Virus record (IMG/VR): IMGVR_UViG_3300027969_000058
Location: 50,736-114,735 of that record
From: a virus
Reading direction: 5' to 3' (one strand)
Length of the DNA stretch: 64,000 bases
Shown here one piece after another: positions 18,744 through 30,200 of this stretch. The notes under the pieces were generated by a model. It was not told the DNA's origin. It made no database searches and was given only the letters and a program-made list of their open reading frames with translations. The position numbers and the translations under genes are program-made. Each line of letters begins with the position of its first letter. Position 1 is the stretch's first letter.

Positions 18744-18758
18744 GTATTTAACAGAGGT

Positions 18759-18785
18759 AAAAAAGCCTGCTATAAAAGCAGGCTT
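18759..18785 (-). terminator. Intrinsic terminator
   Basis: AAGCCTGCT-N5-AGCAGGCTT followed by T-run on minus strand. Confidence 0.75.
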
Positions 18786-18814
18786 AGTCTTCCCATCCCG
18801 GGGTAAGTCGTTAA

Positions 18815-19183
18815 TTACTTAGCTGGTGTAAAGATTGCTTCGATACTAACAGTAACACCTGCAATAGCCATGTCAGCATCAGCAACTGTTAGGTCGCCTG
18901 TGCCTTGAACACGCAAGAATACATTGTCAGTTGTTCCGCTAACGAAAGCTGAACCGTCTGCTGTACCAACTGCTGCAACTGTGAATGCTGAATCACCTGT
19001 TCCACCAGAACCGTGTGCAGTTGTGATGTAACCAATGATTGAAGACAAGTCAGCGTCTGTTAAGTTTGTACCTGCAACCTTAACGATCAGCTCGCGGCCG
19101 ACGTCAGCTTGGTTGATTTGGTGCTTTAAATAATTTGCGCCAACTGTTGTTGCGCCTACTACTACTGAAATATTTGATGGCAT
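18815..19183 (-). CDS. Small virion protein (capsid-decoration-like)
   Basis: T/A/G/V-rich; GAGGAG RBS; own TAAATA promoter and terminator. Confidence 0.55.
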   Translation of the reverse strand: MPSNISVVVGATTVGANYLKHQINQADVGRELIVKVAGTNLTDADLSSIIGYITTAHGSGGTGDSAFTVAAVGTADGSAFVSGTTDNVFLRVQGTGDLTVADADMAIAGVTVSIEAIFTPAK

Positions 19184-19294
19184 AATAATTCTCCTCTGGA
19201 TATGCTATTCAACTACTCACACTCTGTGAGCCTTTGTAATAATATTTATCCAAACTCTGGAAAAATGTTCAGTAAGAGTACAGTTTTAGTGACT

Positions 19295-19948
19295 TTATTT
19301 TAATGGGTTTGACAGTACTTGATCAATATCTTGTAGTAGGTCAAATTGCGGCATATATGTTCTATATGCATTTAAAATGCGGGCGGCAGTGTTTGATACG
19401 TCACTATCCACTGGATTATTGTAGCTTAATAATCTGCGTATTTCTTTGTAAAGTGCTGTGTTAATTCCCAGAGCCTGTTCAAGCTGCATTAAAAAATAAA
19501 CATTGCGACTGCTTTCGCTGTTAATGGTGTATAACCATCCATTTAGTGCCATGGTAGGTAAATGTATGCGTTCACGAGCTTTACGTGCATCTGATGAATG
19601 GAATATTTGTTCAACTCGTCGAGGGTCTGCTTGTACAAAATATACTAAATTATGCAGGTCAGTTGCACCGGATCTAAACTCTGTATAGTTACTATACATA
19701 CAGGTAGTCTTAGCATATCTTTCTGCAATTTTTTTACCGTTCTTTAATCTTGATAAGAATTCAATGGTAAGCACAGTAAGGTACAATAATTCGCAGGCAC
19801 CACTGTAGGTTAATTTTAGATCGCTTTCACTGCGTAGCATTCGAGCTTCTTTTAATTCTTTGATAAAGCTCATCATGCCTGTAGGTTTTGATTCATAGTC
19901 TAAACTATGGCCGCCTGCCATTAACGCTCTTTCCATTTCTGTAAACAT
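19295..19948 (-). CDS. Conserved phage hypothetical protein
   Basis: MERALMAGGHSL, FIKELKEARM; TAATG coupling. Confidence 0.7.
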   Translation of the reverse strand: MFTEMERALMAGGHSLDYESKPTGMMSFIKELKEARMLRSESDLKLTYSGACELLYLTVLTIEFLSRLKNGKKIAERYAKTTCMYSNYTEFRSGATDLHNLVYFVQADPRRVEQIFHSSDARKARERIHLPTMALNGWLYTINSESSRNVYFLMQLEQALGINTALYKEIRRLLSYNNPVDSDVSNTAARILNAYRTYMPQFDLLQDIDQVLSNPLK

Positions 19949-21099
19949 TATGTAGGTGTCCAGCGTTTACGAGGTACAAGTTTAACGTTGCCAAATTGTT
20001 TGTTTTTATCGGCATAGCGTACACGCCCTTCACCTTCAGTATCCCAAATTTCTCCTTGGGCACCGCTTTCAATTTGTTGTATAACGTCGTCTTTAAGTTC
20101 CATTATCTGAGTAACAAGACTAAACACAGCTTCTAATGCATTTTGATTTAGCTGTGCTAACTCTTTAATCTTGGTCTGCTTATTAGTACTGACCTTGCTG
20201 GTAGTAAGCCAATTAAAGAAGGCATTAGCATTTAGATTAGCGAGCTGTTTGGCCTTAGCAGTTTGGTTAACAAAGGTATAGAGTATATTTTTAAGGTCGC
20301 CAAGTCCTGGAGTTTCTTGTAAAAAACTATCTATACCCTTAGCGTTCTGTTTAAGATATGCTTCAACTGCTGCGATTTTATCGCTGCCGACACTCACAGG
20401 TGAGGAATTATAAACTGGGCCTTGTACAATTAATTGTGCCGTGCCGTTAAACATGCTGAAGTCGTCTAATGGCTTTTGTTCATCGTCTGGCATGCCAAAC
20501 TGTGGAAAAAATGCATGTCCCACAACCATTACCTGTGCGTTGGCAATACGTTGCCCAAGTTCACTGTCTGCTCTTACGTGATAGCAAGTCTTTGATTTAG
20601 GATTAGGACAGAATGTATAAACACCTTGTTGATCTACTGCTGGTTGTTGTAAAAATAATCCGTCAGCGTAGACAAAGCCCACAAAGTCACGGGGTGTAGC
20701 TTTGTCAAATAACGGATATAGCGATGCAAATTGTTTGGCAAATTGATCACGTGCTCGCTTGTCTTCTGGGGTCTTAGGTGTACCGCTTTTGTTAGCAATA
20801 AAATCTTCTACTTCTTCTGGGCTTGTGGTCATTGCACCACGGCTCCAACCATTATGTCCAGCTAACACTAACGGGCCGCCTCGCGTTGCACGGCCCCAAT
20901 ATATTTGAGGATTACCGTCCCATTTCATACGTACAGTTTGACTGCCTTCTTCTGTGGCAATTTCTCTAACGTGTGCAAGAGCTTCAAGCGTTCCATTACT
21001 GCCATGGAAGAATACGAGATCTTCCAGATGGTTAAATGCACGGCCAAGTTTTTTCTTGGCAGCTACCTCTGCTTCTTTTAAGAATTCATTTGCTCTCAT
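19948..21099 (-). CDS. KxDG-motif protein (DUF6267-like; ligase/covalent nucleotidyltransferase-like)
   Basis: HLEDLVF, MKWDGNP, ADGLF, EGEGRV, KLVPR; MRANEFLKE N-terminus. Confidence 0.6.
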   Translation of the reverse strand: MRANEFLKEAEVAAKKKLGRAFNHLEDLVFFHGSNGTLEALAHVREIATEEGSQTVRMKWDGNPQIYWGRATRGGPLVLAGHNGWSRGAMTTSPEEVEDFIANKSGTPKTPEDKRARDQFAKQFASLYPLFDKATPRDFVGFVYADGLFLQQPAVDQQGVYTFCPNPKSKTCYHVRADSELGQRIANAQVMVVGHAFFPQFGMPDDEQKPLDDFSMFNGTAQLIVQGPVYNSSPVSVGSDKIAAVEAYLKQNAKGIDSFLQETPGLGDLKNILYTFVNQTAKAKQLANLNANAFFNWLTTSKVSTNKQTKIKELAQLNQNALEAVFSLVTQIMELKDDVIQQIESGAQGEIWDTEGEGRVRYADKNKQFGNVKLVPRKRWTPT

Positions 21100-21848
21100 A
21101 TTTTATTCAACACGTTACGGAACCATTCTTGTGGTCCTTCTTCGGCAACTTTATCTTGCTTTTTTGGACTCCAATTAGGATCCTCTTCGGCTCGGGCAAG
21201 TAATGCCTGTGCTTGCTCTTCAGGCAATGATTTCAATATAGCTTCTACACTACCAAGACTCTTTGATGTTGCCTTTGGACTAATAAGTCGCTGTGCTATT
21301 TCATCAAGGTCATCGCTGACAAATTCGCCTTTTTTACCTTCAGCGGTTCTACTGAACAAGCCTTGCCAAGCTGACCACATATAACCTTTTTGTTTGGCCA
21401 AGATGGCCATGACCAACTGTTTGTTTACACCTTTATATGGGCTTTTATCTGGAATATCATGTGTGTGAAATTTACTGATTCTGTCTGCCTTAGGAGTAAT
21501 CATTATATCTACTTGGTGGGCTTCGGTACCAACTGGCACACGAACATGTACGTTGATACCAGTTTGTGCAGTTTGTAAACCCTGAGCTGAAATAAAATCA
21601 CTTAACGCTCTACGTGCAGATTTGGCATCTTTTGATTTAAAAAAATTAACTACTTGTTCTTCGTCAGCAATAACATCCATGTCACCACTTTTCTTGCCAG
21701 CTTTTGGAGTAGCTGCTGATCCAACTGGGATCACAGAAAGGCCTGCGCCTGCTACTGCTCGTTGTACTTTATTTAAAATCTCTGGCACCAATGCGTGATC
21801 AAATGGTGTAACATCCGGAAATACATTTCCGCCTTCAAGCAGTATCAT
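21096..21848 (-). CDS. Pol-beta-superfamily nucleotidyltransferase
   Basis: VGSA...SGDMDV, QVDIM; LLEGGNVF N-terminus. Confidence 0.75.
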   Translation of the reverse strand: MILLEGGNVFPDVTPFDHALVPEILNKVQRAVAGAGLSVIPVGSAATPKAGKKSGDMDVIADEEQVVNFFKSKDAKSARRALSDFISAQGLQTAQTGINVHVRVPVGTEAHQVDIMITPKADRISKFHTHDIPDKSPYKGVNKQLVMAILAKQKGYMWSAWQGLFSRTAEGKKGEFVSDDLDEIAQRLISPKATSKSLGSVEAILKSLPEEQAQALLARAEEDPNWSPKKQDKVAEEGPQEWFRNVLNKI

Positions 21849-22095
21849 CTCTGTTTTCCTGTATTTTTTTAATGCCGCGCTTAAATTTCGCTGGCTCTGC
21901 TGTTCTAATAGCGTTTATAAATCGACGCTCAAGCTCGGCTGCTGTTTCAAGGTCGTAATTTTCTCTAATTAACGATAATAAGTTAATTGCACTTTCAATA
22001 AGGTTAGAACCGCGACTTTCGATTACTAAATCTTTGTTACGATTTACACCTAAATCACTCAATTCTTGTAGGATTGACCTTGTACTTTTTCTCAT
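21835..22095 (-). CDS. Conserved phage hypothetical protein
   Basis: TRSILQEL...IESRG...ELERRFINAIR; TAAATA at 22116-22121. Confidence 0.75.
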   Translation of the reverse strand: MRKSTRSILQELSDLGVNRNKDLVIESRGSNLIESAINLLSLIRENYDLETAAELERRFINAIRTAEPAKFKRGIKKIQENRDDTA

Positions 22096-22226
22096 GTTTC
22101 AGCATTCCTTTGCTATATTTACCGTTTTTGCAAAGTAAAATAAAAATGTTGCAATGCCAGGTAAAAAGACTAAATATATTAGTAGAAACCATGAGTCTCT
22201 ACACACACTTACACAAGGATTATAGC

Positions 22227-22406
22227 ATGAAATTCATATCAGAGCAAATGATTAGAGTAATGGAACGTTTATCAGAAATGTTTCCAGGATCTAATTATCA
22301 AAGCAGCTTAGACGCTTATCTAAGCACCAAAGGCATTACCGATGCCGCCCAGTTGGAAAACTATATCCAACAATACCACTATTCTCAAAAGGAAAAAAAT
22401 ATATGA
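22227..22406 (+). CDS. DUF3563-like small protein
   Basis: LDAYLS...DAAQLENYIQQY; AAGGA RBS. Confidence 0.55.
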   Translation: MKFISEQMIRVMERLSEMFPGSNYQSSLDAYLSTKGITDAAQLENYIQQYHYSQKEKNI

Positions 22407-22507
22407 AAAAAATTATCAACACAATTTACGAAGGTCTAATTAACTGGGCAGAAATGATCCATGAGTATCGTCAAAGCTCTGCAAGCAGATATCATTATTG
22501 GAAGTAA
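22403..22507 (+). CDS. 34-aa microprotein
   Basis: MKKIINTIYEGLINWAEMIHEYRQSSASRYHYWK; AAGGA RBS, ATGA overlap. Confidence 0.6.
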   Translation: MKKIINTIYEGLINWAEMIHEYRQSSASRYHYWK

Positions 22508-22509
22508 TC

Positions 22510-22593
22510 ATGGACATAGAATTAGTAGCAATTCAGATTATTGTGTTTGGCATAATAATTCTTGTATACATGACGCAGGAGTTTTTTAAATGA
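22510..22593 (+). CDS. 27-aa single-TM microprotein
   Basis: MDIELVAIQIIVFGIIILVYMTQEFFK. Confidence 0.55.
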   Translation: MDIELVAIQIIVFGIIILVYMTQEFFK

Positions 22594-22688
22594 ATTTTAT
22601 AGAAACTCTCATAATGTTACTACGCTGGAAACAAGAAGGATGGGAAGTACATCCTATTATCACTGGCGAGTTCGAAGGCTGGGTTTAA
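22590..22688 (+). CDS. 32-aa microprotein
   Basis: MNFIETLIMLLRWKQEGWEVHPIITGEFEGWV; AGGAG RBS, ATGA overlap. Confidence 0.6.
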   Translation: MNFIETLIMLLRWKQEGWEVHPIITGEFEGWV

Positions 22689-22701
22689 ATCACCATATCG
22701 C

Positions 22702-22730
22702 TTTACAGACACTACAGTTGTCTGTATAAT
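22702..22730 (+). promoter_or_regulatory. sigma70 promoter
   Basis: TTTACA-N17-TATAAT. Confidence 0.75.
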
Positions 22731-22765
22731 AAATACATTACACATATACACACAAGGAGAATAAT

Positions 22766-23041
22766 ATGTTCACACCAGATTTCTACATTGATTTATTTCA
22801 ATCATCAAAGCGTCAGTTAACCAACCAAGTTTACAAAGACGACACACTTAACAAAGCCTGCAATGCATTTATCGACGCTCAAACAGCGTTTGCTAAAATG
22901 ATGGTTAAAAATTACATTGATTTATCTGCACACAGTGCGGACGCTATCAGTAAAGTTTTGTTCCCTAAAAAGGAAGAAACAGTCAAGTCCAAGACTGCTA
23001 AAAAATCAGACAATACAGACATTAACACACAAGGAGAATAA
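22766..23041 (+). CDS. Phasin-like amphipathic protein
   Basis: YIDLFQSSKRQL...FIDAQTAFAKMM helices; AAGGAG RBS. Confidence 0.45.
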   Translation: MFTPDFYIDLFQSSKRQLTNQVYKDDTLNKACNAFIDAQTAFAKMMVKNYIDLSAHSADAISKVLFPKKEETVKSKTAKKSDNTDINTQGE

Positions 23042-23042
23042 T

Positions 23043-23306
23043 ATGTCATTTGAAACAAAATTACCAGAAGTTAAATTCAACAAGAACGGCTACGAAATCC
23101 GCACAGATATCTTGGGTATGGCCAAGGATTTAGTTAGCGATGACTTTCATGTCAAGTTCCAGGGTTGGGAAATGACTGCCGCTCGTGACGAAAAGACTGG
23201 TCAGATCGTTACCACAGTGGGCATGCCAAGCCACCCAGGTCTTGAGAAAGTTTTGGAAACAGCAGAGAAAATGTACGCCTTTGTCAATACTGGCGCTAAA
23301 AAATAA
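23043..23306 (+). CDS. Conserved phage hypothetical protein
   Basis: KNGYEIRTDILGMAKD...P..EKVLETAEKMYAFV; AAGGAG RBS. Confidence 0.75.
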   Translation: MSFETKLPEVKFNKNGYEIRTDILGMAKDLVSDDFHVKFQGWEMTAARDEKTGQIVTTVGMPSHPGLEKVLETAEKMYAFVNTGAKK

Positions 23307-23346
23307 TTATATACGCTTATAGAGCAAACTATATTATACTATAAAC

Positions 23347-23373
23347 AAAAAGGACTCTTCGGAGTCCTTTTTT
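23347..23373. terminator. Bidirectional intrinsic terminator
   Basis: AAAAAGGACTC-TTCG-GAGTCCTTTTT between convergent genes. Confidence 0.9.
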
Positions 23374-24007
23374 ATTGCCACGCTACCATTTTAAATCGTT
23401 CACGTGGAATATTGAAATAGTCACACTTCCAATGGCTCTGTTCAAAGAAGTCCAAGTGATGCCACTTGTCCTTATGTTCAAGTATTTGCTGTGCCGCATC
23501 ATCCCAGTCTATAGTAGCCAGTTTAGCCTGTACCTGTAGTTTGCGTACTTGCACTTCTTCATAGTCAAAGCCATCGTATTCCCAGTGTAGGACTTCAAAA
23601 GCGTTACCTGCTCTATCTACATAATCCATTGAAAAGTCTAAACCCCACTTGGGTCGCAGGGCTATTAACTTATTAACTAACGGAATAGTCTTGGCCCAGA
23701 ACCGTAACTCTGCCAATGCTTCACCTGCGTAGGCCTTGCGTTCAAACAGTAGGCTGTGATTTAATACAGCACCTTCAACACGATCTAACTGTGTAAACCA
23801 ATCTTGTTTGACTGCACGGATATGTTCTCTATGTTTCTTAGGTTTAACCCAGTTGCCGTAGGCAAAGTGTTGTTCAATAACAGTTAGATCATAACCGTTT
23901 TGATCAAACAGGGCAAGATCCTCTGGTGTTGGAAGATATACTAACTTGGCTATGGGCTTGTCCCAGTAACCGTTTGGATTTAACAGATTATCTGTTAAGT
24001 GAATCAT
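23372..24007 (-). CDS. Hypothetical phage protein
   Basis: FDQNGYDLT, NHSLLFERK, PKWGLDFSMDY. Confidence 0.7.
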   Translation of the reverse strand: MIHLTDNLLNPNGYWDKPIAKLVYLPTPEDLALFDQNGYDLTVIEQHFAYGNWVKPKKHREHIRAVKQDWFTQLDRVEGAVLNHSLLFERKAYAGEALAELRFWAKTIPLVNKLIALRPKWGLDFSMDYVDRAGNAFEVLHWEYDGFDYEEVQVRKLQVQAKLATIDWDDAAQQILEHKDKWHHLDFFEQSHWKCDYFNIPRERFKMVAWQ

Positions 24008-24012
24008 TTAAC

Positions 24013-24225
24013 TTAGGTAGTTGTAGTCCAAGGACGACCTTCAACAAGTCCACCGGTGTTGGCATTGTCTGTAACAGCATTGCCTGTGTATTGTGTGGGC
24101 AATTGTGTAATATTGTAGGTTGCTCGAGGATTGCCATCTGCCGCACGTTTGGTCGCTGCCAAATCAAGTTTAGCCTTTTGACGTAATTCTTTAGTTGATA
24201 ATGTTGATATGCCGTTAAGTGCCAT
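24013..24225 (-). CDS. Small late protein
   Basis: MALNGIS...GGLVEGRPW; GAGG RBS; TAAATA at 24243-24248. Confidence 0.7.
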   Translation of the reverse strand: MALNGISTLSTKELRQKAKLDLAATKRAADGNPRATYNITQLPTQYTGNAVTDNANTGGLVEGRPWTTTT

Positions 24226-24245
24226 GTTATACCTCTTCCTAATAT

Positions 24246-27200
24246 TTATCCTATCCAAATCTGCTTAGAAGATCCCGAACCTGCTATCACTCGTACTTCG
24301 CCAGACTCACCGCCCAACTTCAACGATGCAGGTTCATTCGAGTACTCTTGTTTGAACAGTGTATAGCCCTTGGTGAAACTGTAGCCCATAATATCACCAA
24401 CGTGATTTACAGGATAGTACATTCGAGTTACACCAAGATTGTCAATTAGATCAAGATCTACATATGAACTATTGATGTCACTTCTACTGCTCTGTGTTAG
24501 ATAATCAGCAGTAATGTTAATTGTAGGATCTTGAACTATGTTAGATACTATGGTGTTGCTGGCTTCAGCCATCAAGTCTGACACAGTGACATTGCTCACT
24601 GCCATAGTCATACTTGTTGCCACTTCTGCACCTAACTGATTGACTGAGAACACTTCAACAAAGTTGAATATCTGCTCAATGGCAGTGTCAATGTTGTAAG
24701 TAACAAACGGTATGTCATTGAAGTTGTACTTGACAGATGTACTGAAAATAGTAATCACTGCCAATACTGCATCATTGACATTGTTACTGATAATAGTATT
24801 AGATGCTACACTGCTCAGTTCGTTATCGCTTGTTGATGCAACTGAGATAATAACTGCCACTTGAACATCAGCATCGAACACCAACGCTGTGGTATCAACG
24901 AAGTTGAATATTTGGACAATGGCTTCTTCGGCAACTAACTCAACAAACTGTACAGTTTCAACGTTACTGGTTATCTCATTGCTGACAATGTCTACTACAG
25001 CCAAGTTAGTTGTGTCAGTGTATGAGTATACTACTGCTACTTGTACATCAGCGTCAACTTCATTATTTGAAACATCAACGACATTGAATGATTGTATGAC
25101 TATGTCTTCAGCAACTAACTCAACAAACTGTACAGTTTCAACATTGCTGGTTATTTCAGTGCTGACAATGTCAACCACAGCAAGGTTAGCACTATCGTCA
25201 TAGGCATATACTATTGATACTTGTACTTCGGCTGCTATTTCATTATCTGAAATATTAACAACATTGTATGATTGTATGACTATGTCTTCAGCAACTAACT
25301 CAACAAACTGTACAGTTTCAACATCGCTGGTTATTTCAGTGCTGACAATGTCTACTACAGCAAGGACGGCACTATCAACTACATTAACTGCTCTGCTGAT
25401 CAATACAGTAGCATCTATCTCACTGTCGGAAGTATCAACATAGTTGAATATCAGTTGAATTAGATCTTCTGCGGCAACTTCTACGTCAGCATCAGAAACA
25501 ACAAAACTTGTTATGGCGTTATCGCCTGTTGCACCAATGTCGGCAATGTATCCAAATTCTGCGCCGAGGTTGTGTATCTGTACAATGCCAAGGTCTGTTA
25601 CGTTGGTATTATCTAACAACAGGCCTGTACCAGTGACATATGGTCCATCAGTTGGGCCATTTAGTGCATCTGATACAGATATTGTTATTGTATAAGAACT
25701 GTCTGGCTGTTCTTCTACAACTATATCACTGATAGTTCCATAATAGACAAACGGTGAGCCGTCAATTAACAATCGCTGGCCACGGTTTGGAGCAAATACT
25801 TTATCTTCTATGGCTTTGAGCAGTGCGGCCACATCGCCAGGTTGTCCATCACTTCTGTCTTCACCTGCCAGCACAACGTCTGCCGTGTCACCAATCTTGG
25901 CATATTCGAACGGCACTTGTGGTACTGCCAACCGTACTTTGATGGCTTTGTCGTAGAGATCCAGATCAGCGGATTCTGGATAATTGAATATTCGTTTCTC
26001 AATTGCTGTTGCAGCCAACTCGAAGAACTGTATAGTTTCTACATTGCTGGTTATCTCATTGCTGACAATGTCTACTACAGCCAATACAGCAGTGTCATAA
26101 TATACATGTACTAATTTTACTACTACATCTGCATCTAATTCAACATCAACAGTGTTATCAACAACGAATATCTGCTGGATAGTATCTGTAGCAGCCAATT
26201 CAAAGAACTGTACAGTATCAACGTTGCTGGTTATCTCGTTACTGACAATATCTACCAAGGCCAATACAGCAGTGTCATCAATGCTGAATGACTTGCTGAT
26301 TACCACTGTGGCATCAATTTCTAAGGCTGTACTATCAACATAGTTAAATCGTTGTTCAATGGCTTCTGTAGCAGCAAGATCTAAGAATGAACTGTCTTGT
26401 ACATTGCTGGTTATCTCATTGCTGACAATATCTACTACAGCCAACACAGCATTGTCACTGAACGAGTAGGCATTTGATATAACAACAGTAGATTCAATTT
26501 CTAAATCAGTTGTGTCTACATAATTGAATCGCTGTTCAATTGCTTCATTGACACCCATGTCAAGTGCTATGGTATTGTCAAGTTCAGTTATGTACTCAAT
26601 GCTCTGTATGTCTACCAATGCCAACACAGCACTGTCGTCAACTGCATAGATTGCCGATGTAGTAAATGTTGATGTTATCTCAATGTCTGCTGAATCGGCA
26701 ATATTGGATACTTTTATAATGGCGTCAGTAGCAGTTAAGTCTAAGAATGAACTGTCTTGTACGTTACTTGTGTATTCAATGCTCTGTATGTCTACTAATG
26801 CCAACACAGCACTATCAGCAAATACATATGCTAATGATATTACAGTTGTTGCGGCTATTTCTGTGTTGGCACTGTCAACATAATTAAATCTCTGCTCAAC
26901 TGCTTCTGTAGCGGCAAGATCCAAGAATGAACTGTCTTGAACAGTGCTGGTTATCTCATTGCTGACAATATCTACTACAGCCAACACAGCACTATCTGCA
27001 AATACATATGCTAATGAAACTACCGTTGTGGCATCAATTTCTAATGCTGTACTATCAACATAGTTGAATCTCTGCTCAACTGCTTCTGTAGCGGCAAGAT
27101 CCAAGAATGAACTGTCTTGTACATTGCTTGTGTATTCAATACTCTGTATATCTACCAGGGCCAATACAGCACTGTCAACATATATGAACAACTGGCTAAT

Positions 27201-30200
27201 TACCACTGTAGATTCAATCTCTACAGCAGCATTGTCAACATAGTTGAATCTCTGTTCAATAGCAGTAGTAGCAGCCAACTCTATGAATGAACTATCTTGA
27301 ACGTTACTTGTGTATTCAATGCTCTGTATGTCTACCAGTGCCAACACAGCACTATCAGCAAATACATACGCTAATGATATTACAGTTGTGGCTGCTATTT
27401 CAACAGCAATTGTATCAGCATAACTAACTTTCTGTTCAATAACAGTAGTGGCAGTTAAGTCTAAGAATGAACTGTCTTCAATGTTACTGATGTATTCGAT
27501 ACTGTGAATATCTACAACAGCAAGGGTAGCACTATCAGCAAATACATATGCCAATGATATAACAGTTGTTGCGTCTATCTCTACCGCAGTTGTATCAGCA
27601 TAATTGAATCGCTGTTCAATAGCAGTGGTAGCGGCAAGTTCAAGTCCTACAGTATTATCAAGTTCAGTTATGTACTCAATTGATTGTATATCTACAACAG
27701 CAAGATTGGCGCTGTCAACATAGTTGAATCTTTGTTTGACTGTGTCAGTGGCTGTGATCTCTACAGCAGTAGTATCAATATAACTAATCTTCTGTTCAAT
27801 AGCAGTGGTAGCGGCGAGATCTAAGAATGAACTATCTTGAACGTTACTCGAGTAGGCAATACTCTGTATATCTACCAAGGCCAATACAGCACTGCTGTTA
27901 ATTGTAACTATTCGTGTTACTACATCAGTAGCGGCAAATTCACAGAACTCTATATCATCAAAATTACGTTTAGATGATGTAGATACAATATCAACTAATG
28001 CCAATACAGCACTGTCTGCAATAGTAACTACTCGCTTGACTGCGGCAGTGGCTGTGATCTCAAGTGCTAACGTATTGGCAATCACACTGGCTAACGAAGT
28101 AGCATCACTATCAGCAATCACCACTGTGGCCGTGCTATCAAAGACAAAACGTTGTTCAACAACAGTTGTTGCTGTTAACTCAAGTGCTACGTTATTATTA
28201 ACGTTGCTGGCTATCTCAACACTTTGTATATCAACAATGGCTAAGTTGGCTGTGTTAACAACTCCACGTGTTGAACTTGTTACAGAACTATCAGATACTG
28301 CTAATGCAGCTTCTGTAGCATAGACTCTTATTTTACTTACTACATCAGTAGCCGCAAGTTCAATTGCTACATCATTATCAACGTTGCTGGCTATTTCATT
28401 GCTGACAATATCTACCAGAGCCAACACAGCAGTGCTATTAATAGCACGGATGCGTTTAACAGTGGTTGTTGCCGCAATCTCAAGTTCTACTGTGTTGTCA
28501 ATATTTCTCTTTACTTCAGTGCTTTGAATATCAACTACAGCCAATACCGCAGTTTCATCCAGTACAACAATCTGTTTGACTGTTGAGGTTGCGTTAAGTT
28601 CAAGATCAGTTACGCTGACTAATACAAATAGTTTAATTACTACAGCCGATGCCGCAATTTCAATAGCAACTGTATCATCAATGACAGTTACATATTTGAC
28701 TACGTCAGTAACACCCATTTCAAGTGCTATGGTATTATCAAGTTCAGTGATGTACTCAATTGATTGTATGTCAACAACAGCCAATACCGCAGTGCTGTTA
28801 ATTGCATAAACGTGTTTGATTACATCTGTAACTACAAATTCACTGAACTCTACATCATTGATATTATGTTTAGATGACGTAGATACAATATCAACTAATG
28901 CCAATGTGACAGAGTCGTCAAGTACAACAATTTGTTTAACCGCTGAAGTAATACCAAGTTCTATTGATCCAACTGTGATACGTGACAGCGATCGTTTCTC
29001 AACTGCTGTTGCTGTAATTTCTACAGCAATCGTATCATCAATAACAGTTACGTACTTGACTACGTCAGTGACACCTATTTCAAGTGCTACGGTGTTGTCA
29101 AGTTCAGTGATGTACTCGATACTTTGTATATCAACTACAGCCAATACAGCAGTGCTATTGATTACTGATACTTGTTTGATTACATCAGTGATTATGAATT
29201 CACAGAATTCTACATCATTAATGTTGTGTTTAGATGACGTAGATACAATGTCTACCAATGCTAACTCAGCATCGTCATCAACAATGAATATCTGTTGAAT
29301 TGCTGAAGTAATACCAAGTTCTATTGATCCAACTGTGATACGTGACAGCGATCGTTTCTCAACTGCTGATGCTGTAACCTCAAGTGCTGTTGTTTCAACT
29401 GACGTAACCACATGGGCAATAACATCAGTTACAGCAACTTCCAGTGCTATGGTATTGTCAATCTCTGTTGAGTATTCAATGCTCTGTATATCTACCAGGG
29501 CCAACACGGCAGTGGCAATACGTGCAAATACTCGTTTCTCAACTGCGGTTGCTGTAATCTCAAGTGCTGTTGTTTCAACTGATGTAACCACATAGGCAAC
29601 GGCATCAGTAACACCCATTTCAAGTGCTATGGTATTATCAAGTTCAGTGATGTACTCAATTGATTGTACGTCAACAACAGCCAATACCGCAGTGCTGACA
29701 ATTGCGTAAGCATGTTTGATTACATCAGTAACTTCGAATTCAAAGAATTCTACATCGGCAAAGTTGCGTTTAGATGACGTAGATACAATATCAACTAATG
29801 CCAATACAGCATCGTCGTCAACAATGAATCTCTGCTGTATTAATGAAGTTGCAGTAATTTCAAGTGGTGCTGTGGCAATACGTGCAAATACTCGTTTCTC
29901 AACTGTGGTTGCCGCAATCTCAAGTGCTGTTGTTTCAACTGATTTGAATACTGCGGTTACCACATCAGTAACAGCAAGTTCAAGTGCTATGGTATTATCA
30001 AGTTCAGTGATGTACTCAATTGATTGTATATCAACCAGAGCCAATACCGCAGTATCGTCAAATACTCTAACATACTTAACTACTTCGTTTCTATTAACTT
30101 CTAAAGGTATTGTAGCAACATTGTTACTGACTATGCTGTTAGATGTTACACCAAATATCTTGTACGGACGCGGTGTTATTACAACACTATTAGAAACTAT

